DNA from: Pseudomonadota bacterium
GTDB taxonomy: Bacteria > Pseudomonadota > Gammaproteobacteria > Pseudomonadales > Oleiphilaceae
DNA length: 64,000 nt
Assembly: GCA_051744725.1 (NCBI GenBank)
Contig: JBNJDI010000001.1
Span: 11,455-75,454, forward strand
Reading direction: 5' to 3'
Of this stretch, positions 30,353 to 41,610 are shown piece after piece. Each line of letters opens with the position of its first letter. Positions within the stretch are counted from its first letter, which is position 1. The notes below the pieces were generated by a model. That model was not told where the DNA came from, searched no databases, and was given only the letters and a program-made list of their open reading frames with translations. The position numbers and the translations under genes are program-made.

Positions 30353-31261
30353 ATGACTGATCGACACCTGCTGTACCTGCTGATACTCCTTCTGGGCTTC
30401 ATCGCCACACCCGCATGGGGGGCGGAGCGCCCTCTTGTTGTCACCAGCACCCACCCCCTGGCACTGATCGTCAAGGAAGTGGCGGGTGATCAGGCGGATG
30501 TCCAGGCCCTGGTGCCCGCGGATATCAGCCCCCACCACTACAGCATGCGCCCCTCGGAGCGGCGCAGCCTGGCGGAGGCGGACCGCATCTACTGGCTGGG
30601 CGCGGGGCTGGAACCCTTCCTCCAGGGGACCATGAGCGACAGCACGCTCTCCGGCAAGGCCCGGACACTGGTCGAGGCATCACAGAGCCATTCCCAAGAC
30701 GACGATCACGGACACCACCACGGAACCGGCGAGGACCCCCATGTCTGGCTGTCCCCGGAAAGGGCCCTGGCCATGGCCCAGCGTGCCAGGGATACCCTGG
30801 GCGAACTGGACGGAGTGGACGGACAGGCCATTGAACGCAATTACGAGCGCTTTGAGGCGCGTGTCGATGAGACCGGGGAGCGCATCCGTGCCCAGCTTGA
30901 GCCCCTGCAGGTGATCACGCTGTTCACCTATCACGATGCGTTCCACTATTTCGCGGATCACTTCGGGCTGACCATCGCCGGCACGCTCACCAGCAACCCC
31001 GAGCGCAGCCCCAGCGCAAGGCACATCGCCGGCCTCCAGGAGTCCCTTGAAGAGGCCCGATTCCCCTGTATCATGACGGAAACCCAGCTCGGCGGTGACT
31101 GGTGGCGAGGCCTTGACGTGCCCCAGCCCCTTGCGGTCAGCCGCTGGGATCCAATCGGCGGCGACATCCCTGTCGAAGTGGGTGGCTATACAGCGTTCCT
31201 GGACTCCCTTGCGGACGCGGTGAGCCGCTGTCGCCCCGAACAAGCGCCCAAGGAAAAGTAG
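30353..31261 (+). CDS. ZnuA-like metal ABC substrate-binding protein
   Basis: Signal peptide, VVTSTHPL, SPHHYSMRPS, His-rich DDDHGHHHG, DPHVWLSP, YHDAFHYF. Confidence 0.9.
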   Translation: MTDRHLLYLLILLLGFIATPAWGAERPLVVTSTHPLALIVKEVAGDQADVQALVPADISPHHYSMRPSERRSLAEADRIYWLGAGLEPFLQGTMSDSTLSGKARTLVEASQSHSQDDDHGHHHGTGEDPHVWLSPERALAMAQRARDTLGELDGVDGQAIERNYERFEARVDETGERIRAQLEPLQVITLFTYHDAFHYFADHFGLTIAGTLTSNPERSPSARHIAGLQESLEEARFPCIMTETQLGGDWWRGLDVPQPLAVSRWDPIGGDIPVEVGGYTAFLDSLADAVSRCRPEQAPKEK

Positions 31262-31268
31262 AACCGGC

Positions 31269-32261
31269 ATGCAGCACCCCGAACCGGATCGCCGATTCAG
31301 CATCGCACCCATGATGGATCACACCACCCGTGACTACCGCTGGTTCGTCCGGGGCCTGACCCGTCATGCCCTGCTCTACACCGAGATGGTGACCACCGGC
31401 GCCCTCATTCATGGCGACCGGGCACGTTTCCTTGACTATGACGCGCAGGAGCACCCCCTCGCGCTCCAGCTGGGCGGCGCGGACCCCGCGGAACTGGCCC
31501 AGTGCGCGGCCATGGCCGAGGCCTGGGGCTATGATGAGGTCAACCTGAACGTGGGCTGCCCCAGTGACCGGGTCCAGAACAACCGCATCGGCGCCTGCCT
31601 GATGGCGGAGCCGGAGACCGTTGCGCAGGCGGTGGCCGCCATGAAGGCCAGCACGGCCCTGCCCGTCACCGTCAAACACCGCATCGGCATCGATGGCCAC
31701 GAGCAGTGGGGGGATCTGGTCCACTTTATTGAGCGGGTCGCGGAAGCTGGTTGCCGCACCTTCATCGTACACGCGCGCATCGCCATCCTGCAGGGGCTCA
31801 GCCCCAAGGAGAACCGGGACGTGCCGCCACTGAAGTACGACTGGGTGCATGGCCTGCGGCAACGCTTCCCCGGGCTTGAGATCATCATCAATGGCGGCTT
31901 CTGGGAGATGGACGCCATCCGCGAGCAGCTTGCACATGTGGACGGCGTCATGATCGGCCGCGCCGCCTACCAGCAGCCCTGGCTGCTGAGCCGCGTGGAT
32001 CCGGAGATCCACGGCGTGGCGGCGCCCTGCAGCACGCGCACAGAGGCCATCGAGCGGCTCATTCCCTATCTGGAGCGGCGCCTGGCCGAGGGGGTTCCAT
32101 TGCAGGCCATGACCCGCCACATCATGAACCTTTTCCACGGCTGCGCGGGTGGCCGCCAGTTCCGTCGCCATCTCAGTGAGAACGCCCATCGCCCGGGCGC
32201 CGGCACCGGGGTTGTCCGGGACGCACTGGCCCTGGTCCGGGAAAAGGCCGATGCCGCCTGA
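31269..32261 (+). CDS. dusA: tRNA-dihydrouridine(20/20a) synthase
   Basis: [46 protein letters not shown]. Confidence 0.96.
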   Translation: MQHPEPDRRFSIAPMMDHTTRDYRWFVRGLTRHALLYTEMVTTGALIHGDRARFLDYDAQEHPLALQLGGADPAELAQCAAMAEAWGYDEVNLNVGCPSDRVQNNRIGACLMAEPETVAQAVAAMKASTALPVTVKHRIGIDGHEQWGDLVHFIERVAEAGCRTFIVHARIAILQGLSPKENRDVPPLKYDWVHGLRQRFPGLEIIINGGFWEMDAIREQLAHVDGVMIGRAAYQQPWLLSRVDPEIHGVAAPCSTRTEAIERLIPYLERRLAEGVPLQAMTRHIMNLFHGCAGGRQFRRHLSENAHRPGAGTGVVRDALALVREKADAA

Positions 32262-32277
32262 CAGGCGGATTCCGCGC

Positions 32278-32306
32278 TTGTGACACCGGCGACAGCGCGC
32301 TATCGT
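32278..32306 (+). promoter_or_regulatory. Candidate tal promoter
   Basis: TTGTGA-17nt-TATCGT. Confidence 0.5.
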
Positions 32307-32365
32307 GGAGCGGGTTACCCTTCAGGGTTCCAGACACCCGGATGCACAATGGACGCAACCAGCCG

Positions 32366-33331
32366 ATGACTTCCAAACTTGATCAGCTCCGCCATATGAC
32401 CACCGTGGTCGCCGACACCGGTGACCTGGATGCCATCCGCCAGTGGCAGCCGCGGGACGCCACAACCAACCCCTCCCTGCTGCTCAAGGCCGTCTCCTCG
32501 GACGCCTACCGCCACCTGGTGGAACAGGCGCTGGCCTGGGCCCGAGAGCGGGGCCGGACCGCCTCACCGGATCCGATCCTGGCCGGCGACTGCCTGGCAG
32601 TGCTGGCCGGAGAGCAGATCCTGGCAAGCGTGCCGGGCATGGTCTCCACGGAAGTGGATGCGCGCCTGTCGTTCGACCGCGATGCCACCATTGCCCGCGC
32701 CCGCGAACTTACGCAACTCTACCGCCAGCGGGGCGTGGATACCGACAGGGTCATGATCAAGATCGCTGCCACCTGGGAAGGCATCCAGGCCGCCCGGGTC
32801 CTGGAGCGCGAGGGCATTGCGTGCAACCTGACCCTGCTGTTCTCATTCACCCAGGCGATGGCCTGCGCCGATGCTGGCGCCACACTGATCTCACCCTTTG
32901 TGGGGCGGATTCTTGACTGGCATCTGGCACAGACCGGCCAGGATGCCATCGATCCAGCCGAGGATCCCGGTGTGCGCTCGGTACAGCGCATTTACGGGTA
33001 TTACAAGGCGCACGGCTACCGCACCATTGTCATGGGGGCGAGCTTCCGCAACCAGGGCGAAATCGAGCACCTGGCCGGCTGCGACCGGCTGACGATCAGC
33101 CCGCAGCTTCTCGAATCGCTCTCCCAGGATACCGGCACACTGGATCGACGCCTGGATCCCCACAACACCAGCTCCAAGGAATACCATGCCCCGCTGGATG
33201 AGAGCGGCTTCCGCTGGCACCTCAATGAGGATGCCATGGCCACGGATAAGCTTGCTGAAGGCATCCGGCGTTTTGCCGCCGACCAGCGTCAGCTGGAGAA
33301 GAAGCTGGGAGACTGGATCCAGGCCGCCTGA
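32366..33331 (+). CDS. tal: Transaldolase
   Basis: [42 protein letters not shown]. Confidence 0.97.
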   Translation: MTSKLDQLRHMTTVVADTGDLDAIRQWQPRDATTNPSLLLKAVSSDAYRHLVEQALAWARERGRTASPDPILAGDCLAVLAGEQILASVPGMVSTEVDARLSFDRDATIARARELTQLYRQRGVDTDRVMIKIAATWEGIQAARVLEREGIACNLTLLFSFTQAMACADAGATLISPFVGRILDWHLAQTGQDAIDPAEDPGVRSVQRIYGYYKAHGYRTIVMGASFRNQGEIEHLAGCDRLTISPQLLESLSQDTGTLDRRLDPHNTSSKEYHAPLDESGFRWHLNEDAMATDKLAEGIRRFAADQRQLEKKLGDWIQAA

Positions 33332-33358
33332 ACGCCATACAGAGACCCGGAGGGCCCC

Positions 33359-34471
33359 ATGCTACTGATACTTCACCCGGATACGGATCGCGACAGCGAA
33401 ACGTACCGCGAGACCATGAACTTCCTCGATCAGCTCAGCAATGTCGAGGTCCGTGTTCATGACGTGCTCGGGAGCCAGCAGACACTGACCGAGGTCTACC
33501 TGATCGGCGACACCAAGGCCCTGGATGCCGGGGAAATTGAAGCGCTGCCCGCCGTCGAGCGGGTCATCCGCATCTCCGACGATTTCCGGGTCCTGGGCAG
33601 GCACAGTGACGCCGCACGCCAGACCGGTTTTGACTACAACGGCATCCACTTTGACCAGGACAACCTGAATGTCTTTGCCGGCCTGTGCGCGGTGGACAAC
33701 CGGACCCACGTGGAAGAAATGCTCAGGGCCCTGAAGGACAACGGCCAGCAGTGCACCCGTATGGGCGCCTACAAGCCCCGCACCAACCCCTATTCCTTCC
33801 AGGGGCATGGCGCGGACTGCCTGCCCTGGGTGTTCGAGCTTGCCGGCCGGTACGACATCCGGGTGGTCGCCATGGAGGTGACCCATGAGAACCATGTGCA
33901 TGAGATTGAACAGGCGCTTGAGCAGACCGGGCACCCGACCGGTGTGATGCTCCAGGTGGGCACCCGCAACACCCAGAACTTCGAGCTGCTCAAGGCCCTG
34001 GGCCGCCAGAGCACCTTCCCGGTGCTGCTCAAGCGCGGATTCGGCATCACCCTCAACGAATCCCTCAACGCGGCCGAGTACCTGGCCACCGAGGGCAACA
34101 CCAATGTGATCTTCTGCCTTCGGGGCATGAAGACCGAAGCCGGCAACCCCCACCGCAACCTGGTGGATTTCGCCCACATTCCGGTGGTCAAGCGCCTCAC
34201 CCGCATGCCGGTCTGCATCGACCCCTCCCACTCCGTGGGGGTCCGCGACAGAGCACCGGACGGGATCTCCGATATCGTCCACGCCACCGCCCAGGGCGTG
34301 ATCGCCGGGGCCAACATGATCCTGGCGGACTTCCATCCGAACCCGGAAAAAGCCCTGGTGGACGGCCCCCAGGCACTGCTGCCCCGGGACCTGCCCCGGT
34401 TTCTGAAAGACGTTGAACTCTGCCACGAGACGTACCGCAAACGGCGCGCTCTCTACACCGAAAACGGATGA
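33359..34471 (+). CDS. DAHP synthase, class I-beta type with N-terminal regulatory domain
   Basis: AGLCAV, GAYKPRTNPYSFQG, VLLKRG, DPSHSVG, ALVDGPQAL. Confidence 0.88.
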   Translation: MLLILHPDTDRDSETYRETMNFLDQLSNVEVRVHDVLGSQQTLTEVYLIGDTKALDAGEIEALPAVERVIRISDDFRVLGRHSDAARQTGFDYNGIHFDQDNLNVFAGLCAVDNRTHVEEMLRALKDNGQQCTRMGAYKPRTNPYSFQGHGADCLPWVFELAGRYDIRVVAMEVTHENHVHEIEQALEQTGHPTGVMLQVGTRNTQNFELLKALGRQSTFPVLLKRGFGITLNESLNAAEYLATEGNTNVIFCLRGMKTEAGNPHRNLVDFAHIPVVKRLTRMPVCIDPSHSVGVRDRAPDGISDIVHATAQGVIAGANMILADFHPNPEKALVDGPQALLPRDLPRFLKDVELCHETYRKRRALYTENG

Positions 34472-34488
34472 AGGAGGCATCCGCGTCC

Positions 34489-35292
34489 ATGCTGATCTAC
34501 GGCCATCGCGGCGCCAAGGGCGAAGCGCCCGAGAACACCCTAGCCGGCTTCATGCACGCTTACCGCCACGGCATTCGCCGCTTTGAAATGGACATCCTTC
34601 TTTCCCAGGACGGGGTTCCCGTGGTCATTCACGATCGCTCCCTGCTCAGGACCACGGGCAGCAACCGCACTGTCAGCTCGGTCTCCGCCCTCGAGATGAG
34701 CACCCTGGATGCCCGCCAGAACACCGCGAACTGGCACCACGTGACGGGGATTCCCAGCCTCGATGACGTGGTTCGGGCCTGCCCCGACTACAGACACCTT
34801 CAGCTCGAAGTGAAAGCCGACGAGCGCGGGCGGCTCAACCGGCTCTGCAACCGCCTGATTGAGTGGATCCAACGGGAAAACCTCTACGAGCGGATCACCC
34901 TGACCTCGAGCAACACCGGTTTCCTGCGTTCAGCCCGCAGGCTGGATCGACGGGTAAGTTTGGGCTATGTGGCGGAAAGGCGCTTCCCCTCCCCGGTCCG
35001 ACAGGCCAAGAGCCTCGACTGCCAGTACCTGTGCTGCAATCACCGGATCTGCAGCTCGGGCCTGGTCAACGATGCCCGCAACAAGGGCATGAGCGTGTCC
35101 ACATGGACCGTCAACCGGATCCACGACATGCTGGAGCTGGAGAAAATGGGCGTGGCATCCGTGATTACGGACTTCCCGACCAGCGCCCTGGTCTACTTTG
35201 AGAACCGGCGCCGGCTGGGGCATCAGGTGGAGAGCCTGCGCGGCCCTGAAGCCGCCACAGACCCGGACCCGTCTCTCAGAAAATCCGGTTGA
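34489..35292 (+). CDS. Glycerophosphodiester phosphodiesterase
   Basis: [32 protein letters not shown]. Confidence 0.92.
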   Translation: MLIYGHRGAKGEAPENTLAGFMHAYRHGIRRFEMDILLSQDGVPVVIHDRSLLRTTGSNRTVSSVSALEMSTLDARQNTANWHHVTGIPSLDDVVRACPDYRHLQLEVKADERGRLNRLCNRLIEWIQRENLYERITLTSSNTGFLRSARRLDRRVSLGYVAERRFPSPVRQAKSLDCQYLCCNHRICSSGLVNDARNKGMSVSTWTVNRIHDMLELEKMGVASVITDFPTSALVYFENRRRLGHQVESLRGPEAATDPDPSLRKSG

Positions 35293-36670
35293 GACCGTTG
35301 AGAGCCGCCACCCTGTAGGCTTCCGCCATGGTGGGGTAGTTGAAGGTGGTATTGATGAAGTAATCCAGGGTGTTCGCCTCACCGGGCTGGTTCATGATGG
35401 CCTGTCCGATGTGGACGATCTCCGCTGCCTGGTCGCCGAAGCAGTGGATACCCAGAAGTTCCTTGGTCTCCCTGTGGAACAGCAGCTTGAGCATGCCCAC
35501 CGGATCCCCCGAAATCTGTGCCCGTGCCAGGTCCTTGAAGAACGCCTGCCCGACTTCATAGGGCACCTTGGCTTCCGTGAGCTCCCTTTCGGTCTTACCC
35601 ACGGAGCTGATCTCCGGAATGGTGTAGATGCCAGTGGGGACGTCATCCACATAACGGAAGTAGCGGTCCGCCATGATGTCGGACGAGGCGGAGCGGCCCT
35701 GATCGTAGGCGGCACTGGCAAGCCCGGGCCAGCCGATCACGTCGCCCACGGCATAGATGTTCGGAACCTGGGTCCGGTAGTGATCATCCACGGCCAGCTG
35801 GCCACGGTAGTTGGTCTCAAGACCCACGTTCTCAAGCCCCAGGGACCCTGTGTTGCCGCTCCGACCGTTACACCAGAGGAACGCATCGGACCGCACCTTC
35901 TTACCGGATTCCAGGTTCAGCACCACACCGTGGTCGTCCCCTTCCACCGACTCGTACTTCTCGTTGTGCCGCACCAGCACCCCGTTGTTCCGCAGGTGGT
36001 AGCTCAACGCATCCGAAATCTCGTCATCCAGGAAGGACAGGAGACGGCTTCCCGGGTTGATCAGGTCCACTTTCACGCCCAGCCCGCAGAAGATGGACGC
36101 GTATTCGCAGCCGATCACGCCCGCGCCATAGATGGTGATGGTGCGCGGCGTATGCGACAGCGTCAGGATCGAGTCACTGTTGTAGATCCGGTCGTGTGAG
36201 AAGTCCACATCCGGGGGAAGATACGGCGAGGAACCCGTGGCGATCACGAAACTGTCCGCCGTGATCCTCTGCCCGCCTGTCTCCTCGTCATGCAGCTCAA
36301 GCTGGTTCTGATCCAGAAAACGCGCGCGGCTGTGGAAACGCTGTACCCGGTTGCGGGCATAGAACCCCGTACGCAGCTTCACCTGCTTGTTGCGGACACG
36401 TTCGGCGTTCTGCAGTACCCGAGGAAAGGAGAACCAGCGCGGCTCGCCGATATCGCGGAACATCGGATTGGTGTTGAAGTTGATGATCTGCTTGACCGAA
36501 TAACGCAGCGCCTTGGACGGAATCGTCGCCCAGTGGGTACAGTTGCCTCCGACGGTCTGCTTGTCATCCACAATGGCCACCCGCCGACCGTTCTTTGCTG
36601 CGTTCATGGCGGCCCCTTCACCCGCGGGCCCGGCCCCAATCACCACAACATCAAAATGCTGATCCGACAT
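35276..36670 (-). CDS. sthA: Soluble pyridine nucleotide transhydrogenase
   Basis: [43 protein letters not shown]. Confidence 0.97.
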   Translation of the reverse strand: MSDQHFDVVVIGAGPAGEGAAMNAAKNGRRVAIVDDKQTVGGNCTHWATIPSKALRYSVKQIINFNTNPMFRDIGEPRWFSFPRVLQNAERVRNKQVKLRTGFYARNRVQRFHSRARFLDQNQLELHDEETGGQRITADSFVIATGSSPYLPPDVDFSHDRIYNSDSILTLSHTPRTITIYGAGVIGCEYASIFCGLGVKVDLINPGSRLLSFLDDEISDALSYHLRNNGVLVRHNEKYESVEGDDHGVVLNLESGKKVRSDAFLWCNGRSGNTGSLGLENVGLETNYRGQLAVDDHYRTQVPNIYAVGDVIGWPGLASAAYDQGRSASSDIMADRYFRYVDDVPTGIYTIPEISSVGKTERELTEAKVPYEVGQAFFKDLARAQISGDPVGMLKLLFHRETKELLGIHCFGDQAAEIVHIGQAIMNQPGEANTLDYFINTTFNYPTMAEAYRVAALNGLNRIF

Positions 36671-36722
36671 CCGCTCAATCACTCCTCTATTCTATCTGCC
36701 TGAATTCAGTAACCGGTGCCTT

Positions 36723-36971
36723 TCAGGCCTGCCGGTCGCTGTCTGCATTGTAGGTAAGGCTCTCCGCTTCTCCAGCGTCCGGCGCGTCTTCATCGTCGGC
36801 GCAGCTTCCAGAGGACCGCCCGCAGACGGAACAGCCGCTGCCGCCGCCGACCTGGCTGCCAACGCCCCCACAGGAGCCGCTGATGGGCTTGCGACCGAAG
36901 ATGACACCGATCGACATGCCGGCGATCAGCACCATCACAAGAACCAGTGCCAGTACAAATGTCTCAAACAT
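36723..36971 (-). CDS. nqrM: Na+-NQR maturation protein NqrM
   Basis: TM helix then GRKPISGSCGG...CSVC; next to nqr operon. Confidence 0.88.
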   Translation of the reverse strand: MFETFVLALVLVMVLIAGMSIGVIFGRKPISGSCGGVGSQVGGGSGCSVCGRSSGSCADDEDAPDAGEAESLTYNADSDRQA

Positions 36972-37034
36972 GCTTACCTCCATACACGATCCGCCTGAGG
37001 GTATGGTGACGCCCCGGCGGCCGCGGATTCAACC

Positions 37035-37060
37035 AAAAACACCCGGCCTTGGCCGGGTGT
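37035..37060 (-). terminator. Intrinsic terminator after nqrF
   Basis: ACACCCGGCC-TT-GGCCGGGTGT with T tail on the minus strand. Confidence 0.75.
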
Positions 37061-37068
37061 CCTCGGGT

Positions 37069-38295
37069 TCAGCCTCCGAAATCATCCAGGGCTATGTTCT
37101 CATCCTCGACGCCCATATCCTTGAGCATCTTGATGGTCACCGCGTTCATGATGGGTGGCCCGCACATGTAGTACTCAATGTCCTCGGGCGCCTCATGGTG
37201 CTTCAGATAGTTCTCATAGAGAACATTGTGGATGAATCCGACGTCACCCTCCCATTCGTCCTCTGGAAGCGGGTCAGACAGTGCCACGTGCCAATTGAAG
37301 TTGTCGCACTCTTCCTGGAGCTGATTGAAATCCTCCACATAGAACATCTCACGCCTGCTGCGCGCGCCATACCAGAAGGTGATCTTCCGGTTGGTGTTGA
37401 TCCGCTTGAGCTGGTCGAAGATATGCGCCCGCATCGGCGCCATACCGGCACCACCGCCAATGAAGCACATCTCCGCATCGGTATCCTTGGCAAAGAACTC
37501 GCCGAAGGGCCCCATCACCGTCATCTTGTCGCCCGGCTTCAGGGAGAAGACGTAGGAGGACATCTGCCCCGGCGGATGGCTGGTACCGGGCGGCGGCGTT
37601 GCGATACGGATATTGAAGCGCAGCTCGCCCTTCTCTTCCGGATAATTGGCCATGGAGTAGGCCCGGACGATGTCTTCCTTCACCACCGACTTGATGTCCC
37701 AGAGACCATGCTTGTCCCAGTCCTCGTGATACTCCTCCTCCACATCGAAATCCTTGAAGTGCACCTCGTGAGCCGGCGCCTCGAACTGGACGTAACCGCC
37801 AGCCCGGAACTCAACATTCTCACCTTCAGGGAGATCCAGTATTGTCTCCTTGATGAAGGTGGCAACGTTGTGATTCGAGCGTACAGTGCACTCCCACTTC
37901 TGAACCCCGAAGAACTCTTCCGGAACCTCAACCTTCATGTCCTGCTTTACAGGCACCTGGCAGGAAAGGCGCCAGCCTTCACGCTGCTCCCGAGGCGTGA
38001 AATGGTTCTTCTCCGTCGGCAGCACCGCACCGCCACCTTCGTGAACCTTGCACACGCACTGGCCACAGCTGCCACCGCCGCCACAGGCGGACGACAGGAA
38101 GATGCCCTGTTCGGCGAGCTTGCCCAGGAGCTTGCCGCCGCCCTGTGTCGTGAAACTGTGTTCCGGGTCGCCGTTGACCTCAATCTCAATGTCACCGGAA
38201 CTGACCAGTCGTGCCCGCGCACCAAGGATGATCGCGACCAGCGACAGGACGATCACGGTGAACATCACCACGCCCAGTATGATTTCTGTAACCAT
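37069..38295 (-). CDS. nqrF: Na+-translocating NADH:quinone reductase subunit F
   Basis: [13 protein letters not shown] 2Fe-2[27 protein letters not shown]. Confidence 0.98.
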   Translation of the reverse strand: MVTEIILGVVMFTVIVLSLVAIILGARARLVSSGDIEIEVNGDPEHSFTTQGGGKLLGKLAEQGIFLSSACGGGGSCGQCVCKVHEGGGAVLPTEKNHFTPREQREGWRLSCQVPVKQDMKVEVPEEFFGVQKWECTVRSNHNVATFIKETILDLPEGENVEFRAGGYVQFEAPAHEVHFKDFDVEEEYHEDWDKHGLWDIKSVVKEDIVRAYSMANYPEEKGELRFNIRIATPPPGTSHPPGQMSSYVFSLKPGDKMTVMGPFGEFFAKDTDAEMCFIGGGAGMAPMRAHIFDQLKRINTNRKITFWYGARSRREMFYVEDFNQLQEECDNFNWHVALSDPLPEDEWEGDVGFIHNVLYENYLKHHEAPEDIEYYMCGPPIMNAVTIKMLKDMGVEDENIALDDFGG

Positions 38296-38334
38296 AACTC
38301 CGCCTTCTGCCTTGAATCCGAATACGCCGTTTTT

Positions 38335-38943
38335 TTACAGCGATATGCCCGAGAAGGACATGAAACCGAGCGACATCAGCCCCACGGTAATGAATGTGAT
38401 GCCGAGCCCACGCAGTCCCGGCGGAACGTCGCTGTACTTGAGCTTCTCGCGAATGCCTGCCAGCGCCACGATCGCCAGGGCCCAGCCGACCCCCGCGCCA
38501 AAGCCATAGGCCACACTCTCGCCGAACGCGTAGTCGCGCTCAACCATGAACAGCGATGCACCCAGGATGGCGCAATTCACCGTGATCAGCGGCAGGAAGA
38601 CCCCGAGCGCGCTGTAAAGCGCCGGCACATAGCGGTCCAGAAACATCTCCAGGATCTGTACCAGCGCCGCGATCACACCGATGTAGGTCAGCAGCCCCAG
38701 GAAGTTCAGGTTCATATTAGGGAGGCCTGCCCAGCTGAGAGCGCCGTCCCGCAGAACATAATTGAAGATCAGATTATTGACCGGCACCGAGATGGTGAGC
38801 ACAACCACCACCGCAATGCCCAAGCCAAGGGCCGCCTCCACCTTCTTGGAGATCGCAAGGAAGGTACACATCCCGAGAAAGAAAGCCAGAGCCAGGTTCT
38901 CGACGAAAACCGCCTGCAGGATGAGGCTGATATAGTGTTCCAT
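38335..38943 (-). CDS. nqrE: Na+-NQR subunit E
   Basis: [24 protein letters not shown]. Confidence 0.98.
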   Translation of the reverse strand: MEHYISLILQAVFVENLALAFFLGMCTFLAISKKVEAALGLGIAVVVVLTISVPVNNLIFNYVLRDGALSWAGLPNMNLNFLGLLTYIGVIAALVQILEMFLDRYVPALYSALGVFLPLITVNCAILGASLFMVERDYAFGESVAYGFGAGVGWALAIVALAGIREKLKYSDVPPGLRGLGITFITVGLMSLGFMSFSGISL

Positions 38944-39608
38944 CAGAATGCCTCCCGTACTTTATGGGGCTGCATTTCGAATTCCTCTTCCTCGACCTGC
39001 TCCGGATCCCAGATCCGCACTGCCCAGATAAAGAAACCGATCAGGAAGAACGCGCTGGGCGGCAGCAGCATCAGGCCGTTCGGGACATAGAAGCCACCCT
39101 CGCTGGCCAAAGGCAGCACCGTGTAACCCATCCAGGTTCCGGCGCCCAGCACTTCGCGGAAGGTTGCCACCACCATCAGGATCACACTGTAGCCAACACC
39201 GTTGCCAAGACCGTCCACAAAGCTCAGCCAGGGACCGTTCTGCATCGCGAAGCCCTCAGCCCGGCCAAGTATGATGCAATTGGTGATGATCAGGCCCACG
39301 AACACCGAAAGCTGCTTGCTGATCTCATAGGCGAACGCTTTGAGGAACTGGTCAACGACAATCACCAGAGAGGCAATGATCGTCATCTGGACGATAATCC
39401 GAATGCTGCTCGGGATCTGTGTACGGATCAGCGATACCGCGACGTTCGAGGCACACAGCACCACGATCACGGAAATACACATAACCAGACTGACCGTTAC
39501 ACTCGAGGTAACAGCCAGAGCCGAACAGATACCCAGGATCTGAAGTGCAATCGGGTTATTGTGCAGTATGGGTCCAAACAGGACGTCTTTGGTCTTCAGT
39601 TCCGCCAT
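38943..39608 (-). CDS. nqrD: Na+-NQR subunit D
   Basis: [31 protein letters not shown]. Confidence 0.98.
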   Translation of the reverse strand: MAELKTKDVLFGPILHNNPIALQILGICSALAVTSSVTVSLVMCISVIVVLCASNVAVSLIRTQIPSSIRIIVQMTIIASLVIVVDQFLKAFAYEISKQLSVFVGLIITNCIILGRAEGFAMQNGPWLSFVDGLGNGVGYSVILMVVATFREVLGAGTWMGYTVLPLASEGGFYVPNGLMLLPPSAFFLIGFFIWAVRIWDPEQVEEEEFEMQPHKVREAF

Positions 39609-39611
39609 GGA

Positions 39612-40412
39612 TCAGATCTCCCCTTTGCGCACCCTGGCGAGGAAGGGCCCGTAGCCCCGCTCACCAAGCCAGAAATTGACCGTGCTCTCAACGCCGCGAG
39701 AGGTCAGTGTGGCACCGGAAAGCGCATCAATCTTGTGCTCACTGCCCGGCGAGTCCTCGCTCACGCCGCCTTTGACAACAGCGAAGTTGGGGTTCCCATA
39801 CTCGCCCTCGTCGTAGATTTTCTTGCCTTCCCACTTGGCGAGCCAGTCCGGATTCTCGATCTCGCCACCGAGCCCCGGAGTTTCAGCATGCTCATAGAAG
39901 CGTACGCCCGCCACTGTGCTGCCATCCCCTTCCAGCGCCAGGAACCCATACATGATGGACCAGAGGCCGTAGCCGTGGATCGGGAGAACCACACGCTCCA
40001 CCTCATCCCCGTCACGAAGGACATAGGCCTTATTGTAGCGCACCTGACGGTTGATACCCGCAGGATCCTCCGTGAGGTTGCGGGAAAGCTCTGGATCCCG
40101 GGCTGCACCGCGCGCGTCAAAGCTGGCGGCAGATTCCGCATTGACTTCCTCAGCGGACACCAGTTCCCCTGTTCCCATTTCAACCAGCATAACCTCGAAC
40201 CGGTCAAAGGTTTCGGCGATTTCTTCATTGGTCGCGTCCACGTCCAGCACCCCAGCGGCTGCCAGCATGTTGGAGCGGGTACTCAATGCCTCGTTACGGT
40301 CCTGCGCCGGGCGCAGCGTAACAGCTGCCCCGGACACGATCACCGAAAAGACAATGCTGAGCGTTACGGCGACGATCAGGATCTTGCTGACGGTATCGTT
40401 AGACTGCGACAC
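39612..40412 (-). CDS. nqrC: Na+-NQR subunit C
   Basis: [28 protein letters not shown] site. Confidence 0.97.
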   Translation of the reverse strand: MSQSNDTVSKILIVAVTLSIVFSVIVSGAAVTLRPAQDRNEALSTRSNMLAAAGVLDVDATNEEIAETFDRFEVMLVEMGTGELVSAEEVNAESAASFDARGAARDPELSRNLTEDPAGINRQVRYNKAYVLRDGDEVERVVLPIHGYGLWSIMYGFLALEGDGSTVAGVRFYEHAETPGLGGEIENPDWLAKWEGKKIYDEGEYGNPNFAVVKGGVSEDSPGSEHKIDALSGATLTSRGVESTVNFWLGERGYGPFLARVRKGEI

Positions 40413-41607
40413 GGGCCTGCCTCCGCTTGATGTTCGCCTGAATGACGAGGTGGTCGATGAAGGGCGCGAACAGGTTCGCGAACAGGATCGCGAGCATCAC
40501 ACCCTCCGGGAATGCGGGATTCACAACCCGGATCAGTACCGTCATCACACCGATGAAGATGCCGAACACCCAGCGCCCAGTGTTGGTCATGGACGCAGAC
40601 ACCGGGTCCGTCGCCATGAACATCATGGCAAACGCGAAGCCGCCGATCACAAAGTGCCAGTGAGGCGGAATCTCGAACATGGGATTACTGTCGGAACCCA
40701 CCGCATTGAACAACAGTGCGGTGCCGATCAGACCAATCAGGGTACCGAACACGATGCGATAACTGGCGATCTTCATCAACAGCAGCACGGCACCGCCGAT
40801 CAGGATCGCCAGCGTCGACGTTTCACCGACCGAGCCCTGCATGAATCCAAAGAATGCATCAAACCAGGTCAGGTGATCACTCAGCCCCTCCATGCCATCA
40901 GAAGCGGCAACGCTCAGTGCGGTTGCACCACTGAATCCATCCACAGCCGTCCAGACCTCATTGCCCGAGATCTGGGCCGGATACGCGAAGTACAGGAAGG
41001 CCCGGCCGGTCAGTGCCGGGTTGAGGAAGTTCTTGCCGGTACCCCCGAAGATCTCCTTGGCGACCACTACACCGAAGGTAATGCCCAGTGCCACCTGCCA
41101 CAGGGGAATGGTGGGCGGCAGGATGAGCGCGAACAGGATGGAGGTGACAAAGAAGCCTTCGTTGACCTCATGCTTGCGCACGGTCGCGAAAAGCACTTCC
41201 CAGAAGCCGCCGACCACGAAGGTCACGAAATAGATGGGAACGAAATAGGCGGCACCGAAGATGATGTTATCCCAGATGCTGCCGGGGTCATTGCCCGCCA
41301 GTGCGGAAATGAAGGCGGCACGCAGCCCCTCATCCGTCATGGCCATACCCTGCTCGGCCAGGTAGGTGTTGGCCTGGTAGCCCGCATTCCACATGCCAAA
41401 GAACATGGCCGGGAAGACACAGAACCAAACGGTGATCATGATCCGTTTGAGGTCAATGCCATCACGCACATGGGCGTTGGTGCGCGTCACCGACGGCGGC
41501 GTGTAGAAAATGGTGTCCACCGCTTCGTACAGGGGGTACCAGCGCTCAAAACGCCCCCCCTTCTCGAAGTGCGGCTCAATCCGGTCGAATATCTGTCTCA
41601 GCCCCAT
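40399..41607 (-). CDS. nqrB: Na+-NQR subunit B
   Basis: [37 protein letters not shown] site. Confidence 0.98.
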   Translation of the reverse strand: MGLRQIFDRIEPHFEKGGRFERWYPLYEAVDTIFYTPPSVTRTNAHVRDGIDLKRIMITVWFCVFPAMFFGMWNAGYQANTYLAEQGMAMTDEGLRAAFISALAGNDPGSIWDNIIFGAAYFVPIYFVTFVVGGFWEVLFATVRKHEVNEGFFVTSILFALILPPTIPLWQVALGITFGVVVAKEIFGGTGKNFLNPALTGRAFLYFAYPAQISGNEVWTAVDGFSGATALSVAASDGMEGLSDHLTWFDAFFGFMQGSVGETSTLAILIGGAVLLLMKIASYRIVFGTLIGLIGTALLFNAVGSDSNPMFEIPPHWHFVIGGFAFAMMFMATDPVSASMTNTGRWVFGIFIGVMTVLIRVVNPAFPEGVMLAILFANLFAPFIDHLVIQANIKRRQARVAV

Positions 41608-41610
41608 GAA

